From Eukaryota sp. TZLM1-RC (taxonomy: Eukaryota > Protista > Metamonada: BaSk clade): a DNA stretch of 64,000 nt. The notes under the pieces are model-generated. The model made no database searches, was not told the origin of the DNA, and saw nothing but the letters and a program-made list of their open reading frames with translations. The DNA is taken from assembly GCA_040285825.1 (NCBI GenBank), contig JAUPSS010000008.1:806001-870000 (forward strand). The letters are read 5' to 3'. A program made the translations under genes and the position numbers. Shown here in pieces: positions 55,199 to 64,000 of the stretch; within the stretch, counting starts at the first letter, position 1, and every line of letters starts with the position of its first letter.

Positions 55199-56548
55199 TT
55201 AATTAATGGCCTGAAAAGCCACAATGATAACCCTCCTTCCTCTCTGAGGAAGAGTAATGTCCCTTCTTTGAAGGAGAACAATCCACCACCCACGGTGAGT
55301 AATCCTCCACCTACGGAGAGTAATCCTTCCTTCGGGAAGAGTAATCCTCCTAAGGAGAGTGAGCTTTCCGCTGAGAAGAGCCTTGCCTCTCAGAAAGAAA
55401 GCCACCTCCCCAATAAGGAGAGTGAACTTCACACTGAGGAGAGCCCTTCCTCCCAGAAAGGAAGTCACCTCCCTAATAAGGAGAGAGGTAACCACGTTGT
55501 GGATGTGACAGAACTGTACACATATCCCAATAACTCCTCGGAGCTCCTTCCTTGTAGGAAGAGTTTTCTCACTCCGAGTGAGCAACGGAGATTCAAAGCG
55601 TTTGTTGTAAGTAATAAATCTGACGCTTGTAAAGAAGGTGAAGGAGGCGAAGGCGAGCAACAGTCTACGACTAGCTCCTCACGTAAAACTCCCTCCTCAC
55701 CTACTTCTGACATCAGCTCAAGTGAGGAACCTCAAAGTGATTCCAGAAGATCCTTTAATCAGAACTACAGCAGGAGAGGGGATCAGAGCGATGATGAACC
55801 ACCTCATACACCCAATCCTCCTAATCCAACTCCTAGTTTCCCATCTACGGAAAAGACTTCTCAGGGTCTTTACCGAAGGAAATTAACAAAGGCAGTTGAG
55901 GCTGTAACTAGAGATTTCTTATTGGACCTCATCGCCAATCCTCCCGAAGATGTAATGGATTGGAGTGATGACGAATTATTAAAAATGGCTGAGAATGAGT
56001 CAGAGCGTCTTGCGGGAGACGTAGACCCAGCCGAATGTGAGAAGGTCCGACGTGACTATTTAGCGAAACGTTGGCCCATCCTCTTTGGGGAAGCCCACGG
56101 CAAAACACTTGACGACGTCGTCTACGAGAGTCATGATCAGAGTCCAAATCTTTTGAAGAGATTGGATGATCTTACCGATTCGGCAGTCTCGTGTGGGATG
56201 AGTGCAGTCGAGAATTGCTATTTCAGCGCTCCTCGTTCAAAGTATCAAGCTGCTACTTCCAGGCCTGCCAAATGGCATAGGGATGCAATTGATGACCACA
56301 AAATATATTTTAGTGGAAATCAAGAAGCTTACGACAGACTATTTTGGATAGCTAAAATGTATCCTCATAATCAACAAGGTAGAAACCTTAGAGGCGTCGT
56401 AAGGCATTTCCTAGTGGAGAACGTACACCCAAAAGATTCTATTGCGGACATTTTTATTATGCTTGGGGCAGATTCGATGAATCTCGAGGTGACACCCTTC
56501 AATTTCATACCAAAGAGTCCTATATTAGAGAAATCGGCACAAGGGTAA
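55185..56548 (+). CDS. Gypsy ORF1 (low-complexity N-terminal region; gag-like or accessory)
   Basis: Open frame from an ATG inside the LTR; SNPP and KESELH repeats; overlaps ORF2 in the -1 frame. Confidence 0.65.
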
Positions 56549-59500
56549 TTGAATTGAAAGAGCAACGTGTTGGCCCCAACAAGTTAAAACTAGTATACCC
56601 TGATGCATGGATGGCTAAACTTAAGGCATGGGTTGATAGCTCGCCCGACCAAAATGTTTTTGAGAATGTCTTAATAAAGAGCAGTTGCCTTCCATATGAT
56701 CATAAACTAGCAGGGGTCCCTAGAGGATCTAAAGATGCACCAGATTGGGTGGATTTAAGGCCACCAGCCCAGACCGTACCTGTGCAGGAGGAACCTCCTA
56801 AGACAAGATTTATCATTAAGTTGGGCGAAACATTGCCTTCAGAAGAGAGGAATATGAACCTATTTAGTACACCTTCTGTAGGGCCTCTGGCATCTAGGAG
56901 AGCTTCTTGTGAAGCAACTCCTACACAAGCATCTGTTATAAAATCATCTATACCCACGCAACCCCTAGGAACGAATGCTCCTAGAGATTCTCTCGTCGAC
57001 ACCCTCGGTCTTTATAGAACTCCTGTAACAGACGAGGAGAAATTGAGGAAAAGAATAGACGACAAACTGAGATGCCTAGTTAAGTTAAATGAAGCGATTG
57101 ACGCCAAGAAGATCTTCTACTTCGTTCTTAACTTTGGCAATTGGGCTAAAACAGTTAGGGATCGCGATGGACCCACCAGAGCATTTACGCCGATCACCAA
57201 ATACGGTCAACCTGTTCATCAGTACGACTTCGTTAGATCTATGTTCTTCGAAGTGGACCCTTTGTATTTGAGATTTATGATGGAGGGTAAGGTGATCGCA
57301 GAATGGCAGAGTTTGTATGGAGGCCGAACAAACGTGTTAGGCAACAACCCATCTGACGCCGAAATCTGGAAATATTTGCTACTCAGCACCCAGTACAAAT
57401 ACCCTACCGATGTTGAGAAGGCTTTAAGGTCTGTAAGACCACCTGAGATCAGTCGCAAAATGACTGCTGAATCTTCATGGACAGCCTTCATGGAGCAGAT
57501 CATATATATATTTCGACGCTCTACAATTATGCCTGGAACGGATGGTAATCCGTCTGTCGTCTACCCAGCAAACAGATTTCTCGAAACTATTAACTGCAAA
57601 ACAAACAATCAATTGATGGACACATATATCATTTGGATTGGCAAGTTTGATTCAAGTAACGAGAAACTGGGCGATGCGATTTACGATTTAGGTAACGCAT
57701 TTGTTAACAAGGTCAATAGCCGTGAATCCTCGATCAAAGACATGCATTTGATAAGAACAGCTTTTGGTGCTCACGCTCCTGCGCAAAAAGGACGAAGCCA
57801 GTCAAAAGGTCCTTTTAAGAACCCTAGAGTAAGCAGTCGACCCATCCCTTCAGAGCAATGGTGTAACTTATGTAAAACCAATAAACATCCTGAAGAGAAA
57901 TGTTTTAAATTAGTGGGAAGACCTGGTTCAAAAAAGCGTCAAGGAGGTGAAAGACGTGATAGAAAACGTAAAAGTAGTAGTAATAAATCAGATGATTATA
58001 CATCTTTTAACAATAACCTTACAAATAATTCAATCAAATCCATTCATAAAATGAGCAAAACAGATTCGAATTATAATCACCTAAATCCATTCAAAAGATT
58101 TAGAGAGTCATCCAATCCTGTGGGTTCTATCCACAGTGTTAGACTATCCAGGGTAGCAGAGGACCAAGAAAGTTCTAACGGGGAACTTTGGTTAACCTGC
58201 ACCATAAATAACGTGGAAGTACAAGGCGAAATTGATAATGGAGCTGCATTTTCAGCATTATCAATGGATTTAGCCTCTAAATGTAATATGACAGTTAATG
58301 ACAATAAGACTGTCGAATACTTATCGGCAAATGGTATTCGCTCCACAACCCTGGGATGTGCAAGTGGTGTTCTTGCTCTAAATGTGGGTAGCTTGGCCAC
58401 TCAAGTGTTTTTAAGGATCGAATTCCAGATCATTCCTGGTACCAATAATTTTTTGATCGGAAGAGACTTATTACAAACCTTGGGGCTACGCACGGAGCAC
58501 GGTTTTAATATTAATTTGGATCGCAAACATCGCACCATCTTAAATGCTGAATGTGAGTTCGATAATAGAATTTGTCAACCAATTAGATTCATTGAACAAT
58601 TGAGTAATAAATCAGACTTAGGTAATGATTTTGGGCATTCCACATTTAGACATGAATTAGATGAGTTGGGCTGCAGAATATGCCTGGATGACATTAGGGA
58701 CGAGGAACGCCTAGTCGTGCTACTCGAAAAATATAGAAATGTATTTAGTGGGCTACCTCACCCGGATGGAATTGATTGTCAGCCGATGACCATTCCATTT
58801 TATGACGAAAGTAAGGTCGTCAAAAGGAAACCTCGAAGATTAAACCCAGAAAAACAACGGGTAGCCGAGGAAATTTTTAACGAATTGATCCGTAATGGAT
58901 TTGCTGTGCCCGCAAAGTCTCAATTCAGTAGTCCCATCTGTCTTGTGATTTACCCTGATCACAGGAAACCACGATTAACTGGCGATTTTAGTGGTATTGG
59001 TGGAGTAAATGATTTAACTAAACCTGTAGAGGCAAATTTGCCCAGGATTAGCGACATTTCAGAGTTTCTAAGTAAAGCTAATTATATAGCAACTCTAGAT
59101 TTACCTAAGGCATTTTGGCAGCTCAAAATTGCAGAAGAGGATATTGATAAAACTACCGTATCAATTCCCGGGATGTCGATCAGTTTTAAAAGGGCTTGTT
59201 TTGGTTTGAAGAACGTTCCTGCAGTCTTCCAAAACATGATGATGGAAATATTTGATTCTGAGGGCGTATTTATTTATATCGATGATATAATAATAGTAGC
59301 TTCGACCCTGGATGAATTTCTATCTAGAGAAGGTACGGTCCTAGAATGCGCCAAACGTTTTAGAGTTAACCTTGGCCTACCCAAGTGTAGCTTTACCACT
59401 TGCAAACATGAAATAAAAATTCTAGGTAGTATTTTTGTAAACAAAACCCGTTATATAGATGAATCTAGGATTGAGGGACTGATCAACCTACCCAAACCCA

Positions 59501-61017
59501 GGACATTACCTGAAGTTAGGAGTTTTATAGGATCGATCAATTATATACGTGACTGGTTGCCAAATTTGTCTGACTTGATAGAACCAATCAACAAATTAAC
59601 CAGAAACAAACCGTCAAAAATCAAGTGGACTCCTGATGATGACGAGGCTTTTGGTAAGATTATAAATCTTATCAAAGCAAATATCCCTCTTGAATTGCCC
59701 TCAGAAGACAAGCATATTTTAATAAGTGCTGACGCGTCCGATGTGGCTGTAGGTGGAGTAATATGGCAAGAAGCTAACCCACCTAAAGCTCCTACGACTC
59801 CGCTAATTAAGAGAAAGGTTGTACCTATTGCCTTCTTTAGCAGATTATTAACAACTTCACAAAAGAATTGGTCTGTACTTCAGAAAGAGTTGTATGCAAT
59901 TTTACTAATTCTCACTGACAGTAGTTTAGAAAATTATTTAATTTCGAGGAAATTAACTATTTTCACTGATCATAGAAATTTAGCATACCTCATATCAGCT
60001 CCTGAAAAGAACAGAATTGTGAAGAGGTGGCTACCAATATTGTCAGAATTCAATTTTGATGTAGTCCACACTGCAGGCGAGGAGAATTATTGGGCAGACA
60101 TGTTGTGTAGATTGGTTGACACCAAACCCAAAACTCCTCGAGTCCAACAAGTGAGAAACTTGGCACCTCACAGAGTTGAAGAACAATTACCCTATTTAAA
60201 TTTATTAACTAGAGTTAATTTGTTAAGGGATGATATTATTCAACCGTCCACAATTGAGCTACCCACGATCAATAGCTTATCTGCACTGAAAGAAGCAGTT
60301 GAGGATACTAAATTTGATTTATTTGACACTCGGATCTCAAAGATTAGGCAAGAACAACTTATAGATGTTGATTCAAATCCTGATTATTATAAAGATTACA
60401 ATTATAATTCAGATATTCAATTGTATACCAACAATCGTGGGAAGATTGTCATCCCAGATAGTTTAAAGAAGCAGACTTTAACTATCATTCATGGACATGC
60501 AAATGTTGGCCATCCTAGTGTGACGACTAGCGTAAAGAAATTACTTAATAGTGATTACTTTTGGCCCGACATGCGCAAAGACATGATTAACCATATTAAG
60601 AGATGCCCAGCATGTCAAAAGACGGCACATGTGCCTAAAAATGTCATTGAATCATCTGGCTCTCTTTGGGCTGATCGACCTTTTGCACGATTAAACGCAG
60701 ATACTATTGGACCATTACAACAAGATGATAATGGATTCAAATATTTAATAGTTTTTGTAGACTCGTTCACCAGGTATACGATCATTTGCCCTGTAAAGGA
60801 ATTGAATGCAGTGGAGGCAACCAATCACCTCCTATGGAGTGTAGTATCAATTTTTGGTATCCCACTGTTGATTCATAGTGACAATGGTATTGAATTTGCA
60901 AATGCCATATTCAAAGGGTTATGCGATTTATTAAACATTGAAGTAAGTCGTTCACTAACTAGCTTTTCACAAAGCAATGGTTTAGTAGAAAGACGACACA
61001 GAGACATTTTACAATGA
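56392..61017 (+). CDS. Gypsy Gag-Pol polyprotein (truncated by the nested insertion)
   Basis: Frame open from 56392; motifs as above; ends at a TGA supplied by the inserted LTR. Confidence 0.9.
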   Translation, partial: RRRKAFPSGERTPKRFYCGHFYYAWGRFDESRGDTLQFHTKESYIREIGTRVIELKEQRVGPNKLKLVYPDAWMAKLKAWVDSSPDQNVFENVLIKSSCLPYDHKLAGVPRGSKDAPDWVDLRPPAQTVPVQEEPPKTRFIIKLGETLPSEERNMNLFSTPSVGPLASRRASCEATPTQASVIKSSIPTQPLGTNAPRDSLVDTLGLYRTPVTDEEKLRKRIDDKLRCLVKLNEAIDAKKIFYFVLNFGNWAKTVRDRDGPTRAFTPITKYGQPVHQYDFVRSMFFEVDPLYLRFMMEGKVIAEWQSLYGGRTNVLGNNPSDAEIWKYLLLSTQYKYPTDVEKALRSVRPPEISRKMTAESSWTAFMEQIIYIFRRSTIMPGTDGNPSVVYPANRFLETINCKTNNQLMDTYIIWIGKFDSSNEKLGDAIYDLGNAFVNKVNSRESSIKDMHLIRTAFGAHAPAQKGRSQSKGPFKNPRVSSRPIPSEQWCNLCKTNKHPEEKCFKLVGRPGSKKRQGGERRDRKRKSSSNKSDDYTSFNNNLTNNSIKSIHKMSKTDSNYNHLNPFKRFRESSNPVGSIHSVRLSRVAEDQESSNGELWLTCTINNVEVQGEIDNGAAFSALSMDLASKCNMTVNDNKTVEYLSANGIRSTTLGCASGVLALNVGSLATQVFLRIEFQIIPGTNNFLIGRDLLQTLGLRTEHGFNINLDRKHRTILNAECEFDNRICQPIRFIEQLSNKSDLGNDFGHSTFRHELDELGCRICLDDIRDEERLVVLLEKYRNVFSGLPHPDGIDCQPMTIPFYDESKVVKRKPRRLNPEKQRVAEEIFNELIRNGFAVPAKSQFSSPICLVIYPDHRKPRLTGDFSGIGGVNDLTKPVEANLPRISDISEFLSKANYIATLDLPKAFWQLKIAEEDIDKTTVSIPGMSISFKRACFGLKNVPAVFQNMMMEIFDSEGVFIYIDDIIIVASTLDEFLSREGTVLECAKRFRVNLGLPKCSFTTCKHEIKILGSIFVNKTRYIDESRIEGLINLPKPRTLPEVRSFIGSINYIRDWLPNLSDLIEPINKLTRNKPSKIKWTPDDDEAFGKIINLIKANIPLELPSEDKHILISADASDVAVGGVIWQEANPPKAPTTPLIKRKVVPIAFFSRLLTTSQKNWSVLQKELYAILLILTDSSLENYLISRKLTIFTDHRNLAYLISAPEKNRIVKRWLPILSEFNFDVVHTAGEENYWADMLCRLVDTKPKTPRVQQVRNLAPHRVEEQLPYLNLLTRVNLLRDDIIQPSTIELPTINSLSALKEAVEDTKFDLFDTRISKIRQEQLIDVDSNPDYYKDYNYNSDIQLYTNNRGKIVIPDSLKKQTLTIIHGHANVGHPSVTTSVKKLLNSDYFWPDMRKDMINHIKRCPACQKTAHVPKNVIESSGSLWADRPFARLNADTIGPLQQDDNGFKYLIVFVDSFTRYTIICPVKELNAVEATNHLLWSVVSIFGIPLLIHSDNGIEFANAIFKGLCDLLNIEVSRSLTSFSQSNGLVERRHRDILQ

Positions 61018-61150
61018 TGCTTTATCCATATATGATAACAAAGAATACGGAATAATTTATTAGAATTTCACCGGCCCTTATAAAGGCCATCACTAGTGAA
61101 CTATGTTATATAAACATAAATGTACTAGACTAATTGTCCACAGTACAACA
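61015..61150 (-). repeat. 3' LTR of Gypsy copy 2, preceded by the polypurine tract AAGAGAGGGAAAAGGTAG (61151-61168)
   Basis: Reverse complement of 55063-55198; the PPT abuts the TG start and contains the integrase stop codon. Confidence 0.93.
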
Positions 61151-64000
61151 CTACCTTTTCCCTCTCTTAGGTCTCGAACGAGAGCTACGAGTACTGACTG
61201 CAGGGGAATTAGTCTTAGATTTGGAATTAGAAGATGCCTTCCGTTTCCTGGTAGTGTGAGGACTAATTGAGCGCAAATATGTTTGATATGCCTCAGTGCT
61301 TTTGACGTCAGCAACTGGGACAGACGAAGTCTCGCCGCCATACCAAACTGCGGTACAATAAGGAACTTTATTATTGTTCGAATCTACGTAATCAAAGTGA
61401 TCTATAATTTTAACGATTACAGATTCTTCCATATCACCAGCAGCAATATTGTTATGCCAATCAAGATCATCTTTAGGGAAGTCTGAAAGGTATAGTTTAC
61501 AATGATTTATACTTGCCGTAGACATCGAACCAGTGACAAGATTCTTGAGTAATAAAATTTTATTGGATTTAACTTCTTCAACGAGAAAAGGGCCAGCGAA
61601 GCAACCATGGAGTTTACCATTAGTCTTTAATCGCAAAACTAAGTCACCTTTATTAAAAGGGTTCCTATGTTTGTTAACTTCAGGCAGTTGTTGAGCTTGC
61701 CTGAGCTCTGCCTCTTCTCTCTTCTTTGAAATCCTTTCAAGTTTTGTTTCAAGATCTTTAACAAAGGGAATATTAACATTAGCTGATTTTATTAATTCAA
61801 ACATATTACTAGGATCAGCTCTAGGGCTGTGGTCGCTACCAAACATTAAATTGTAGGGCGAATGACCAGTAACTCTACTAATAGTTGAATTGATTTGAAG
61901 TTGTACAATTGGGATATATTCACTCCAATTGCTATAATCGCCAGAGTCCACCAAAATCTTTCTTAGACTTTGTAAAATGTCTCTGTGTCGTCTTTCTACT
62001 AAACCATTGCTTTGTGAAAAGCTAGTTAGTGAACGACTTACTACAATGTTTAATAAATCGCATAACCCTTTGAATATGGCATTTGCAAATTCAATACCAT
62101 TGTCACTATGAATCAACAGTGGGATACCAAAAATTGATACTACACTCCATAGGAGGTGATTGGTTGCCTCCACTGCATTCAATTCCTTTACAGGGCAAAT
62201 GATCGTATACCTGGTGAACGAGTCTACAAAAACTATTAAATATTTGAATCCATTATCATCTTGTTGTAATGGTCCAATAGTATCTGCGTTTAATCGTGCA
62301 AAAGGTCGATCAGCCCAAAGAGAGCCAGATGATTCAATGACATTTTTAGGCACATGTGCCGTCTTTTTGACATGCTGGGCATCTCTTAATATGGTTAATC
62401 ATGTCTTTGCGCATGTCGGGCCAAAAGTAATCACTATTAAGTAATTTCTTTACGCTAGTCGTCACACTAGGATGGCCAACATTTGCATGTCCATGAATGA
62501 TAGTTAAAGTCTGCTTCTTTAAACTATCTGGGATGACAATCTTCCCACGATTGTTGGTATACAATTGAATATCTGAATTATAATTGTAATCTTTATAATA
62601 ATCAGGATTTGAATCAACATCTATAAGTTGTTCTTGCCTAATCTTTGAGATCCGAGTGTCAAATAAATCAAATTTAGTATCCTCAACTGCTTCTTTCAGT
62701 GCAGATAAGCTATTGATCGTGGGTAGCTCAATTGTGGACGGTTGAGTAATATCATCCCTTAACAAATTAACTCTAGTTAATAAATTTAAATAGGGTAATT
62801 GTTCTTCAACTCTGTGAGGTGCCAAGTTTCTCACTTGTTGGACTCGAGGAGTTTTGGGTTTGGCGTCAACCAATCTACACAACATGTCTGCCCAATAATT
62901 CTCCTCGCCTGCAGTGTGGACTACATCAAAATTGAATTCTGACAATATTAGTAGCCACCTCTTCACAATTCTGTTCTTTTCAGGAGCTGATATGAGGTAT
63001 GCTAAATTTCTATGATCAGTGAAAATAGTTAATTTCCTCGAAATTAAATAATTTTCTAAACTACTGTCAGTGAGAATTAGTAAAATTGCATACAACTCTT
63101 TCTGAAGTACAGACCAATTCTTTTGTGAAGTTGTTAATAATCTGCTAAAGAAGGCAATAGGTACAACCTTTCTCTTAATTAGCGGAGTCGTAGGATCTTT
63201 AGGTGGGTTAGCTTCTTGCCATATTACTCCACCTACAGCCACATCGGACGCGTCAGCACTTATTAAAATATGCTTGTCTTCTCAGGGCAATTCAAGAGGG
63301 ATATTTGCTTTGATAAGATTTATAATCTTACCGAAAGCCTCGTCATGATCAGGAGTCCACTTGATTTTTGACGGTTTGTTTCTGGTTAATTTGTTGATTG
63401 GTTCTATCAAGTCAGACAAATTTGGCAACCAGTCACGTATATAATTGATCGATCCTTTAAAACTCCTAACTTCAGGTAATGTCCTGGGTTTGGGTAAATT
63501 GATCAGTCACTCAATCCTAGATTCATCTATATAACGGGTTTTGTTTACAAAAATACTACCTAGAATTTTTATTTCATGTTTGCAAGTGGTAAAGCTACAC
63601 TTGGGTAGGCCAAGGTTAACTCTAAAACGTTTGGCGCGTTCTAGGACCGTACCTACTCTAGATAGAAATTCATCCAGGGTCGAAGCTACTATTATTATAT
63701 CATCGATATAAATAAATACGCCCTCAGAATCAAATATTTCCATCATCATGTTTTGGAAGACTGCAGGAACGTTCTTCAAACCAAAACAAGCCCTTTTAAA
63801 ACTGATCGACATCCCGGGAATTGATACGGTAGTTTTATCAATATCCTCTTCTGCAATTTTGAGCTGCCAAAATGCCTTAGGTAAATCTAGAGTTGCTATA
63901 TAATTAGCTTTACTTAGAAACTCTAAAATGTCGCTAATCCTGGGCAAATTTGCCTCTACAGGTTTAGTTAAATCATTTACTCCACCAATACCACTAAAAT
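61015..64000 (-). mobile_element. Ty3/Gypsy copy 2 (RT-RH-IN, chromodomain-like tail), defective, runs off the window
   Basis: Near-identical to copy 1 but with stops at about 63508 and 63283 and a +1 A frameshift at about 62365; GPF motif; C-terminal IVKIIDH..YCTAVWYG. Confidence 0.95.

Larger units (their letters stand above)
55063..61014 (+). mobile_element. Ty3/Gypsy LTR retrotransposon copy 1, interrupted in integrase
   Basis: LTR, ORF1, then CCHC-like knuckle, protease (IDNGA), RT (LDLPKAFWQ, FGLKN, YIDD), RNase H (DAS, ELYAI, TDHRNL), integrase (HHCC, D..D..E) in the Gypsy order PR-RT-RH-IN. Confidence 0.95.

Noticed and set aside
55199-55222. TGG-starting primer-binding site
   Set aside because: TGG lies 8 nt from the LTR and I cannot match it to a tRNA 3' end; not annotated.
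61015-64000. Assembly fold-back artefact as the explanation for the large inverted repeat
   Set aside because: The arms differ at multiple positions, the spacer holds unique integrase tail, PPT and LTR, and the junction is exactly at the LTR end.
1-64000. Alternative genetic code as the cause of in-frame stops
   Set aside because: Conserved host genes end normally in TAA, TAG and TGA; internal stops are confined to decayed mobile elements or introns.

Overview
AT-rich, compact eukaryotic (protist-like) genomic window with the standard genetic code and tiny (28-31 nt) GT-AG introns. About 17 host genes are present: an ARL6/BBS3-like GTPase, NOP16, CKS1, SSU72, an exportin-T-like protein, an IPT/TIG surface protein, two lysine methyltransferases, NOG1, a tandem CCCH protein, a bacterial-type RIC di-iron protein, a secreted C39-like peptidase and several unknowns. 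There are two tRNA genes. Intergenic space is filled with mobile DNA: at least 4 families of 5'-truncated CRE-like RLE non-LTR retrotransposons (several with 11-15 bp TSDs, often nested), hAT and Tc1/pogo-type non-autonomous elements, and two nested inverted Ty3/Gypsy copies with 136-bp LTRs. There are also about a dozen Fanzor (eukaryotic TnpB-like) genes or remnants from at least 3 families. The most striking pattern is that Fanzor 3' ends repeatedly sit in sense orientation immediately upstream of host start codons. One family's conserved, hairpin-forming right end abuts the ATG of four unrelated genes. The only uninterrupted Fanzor ORF has a RuvC-III Asp->Asn change. All calls come from reading motifs by eye; no searches were run.
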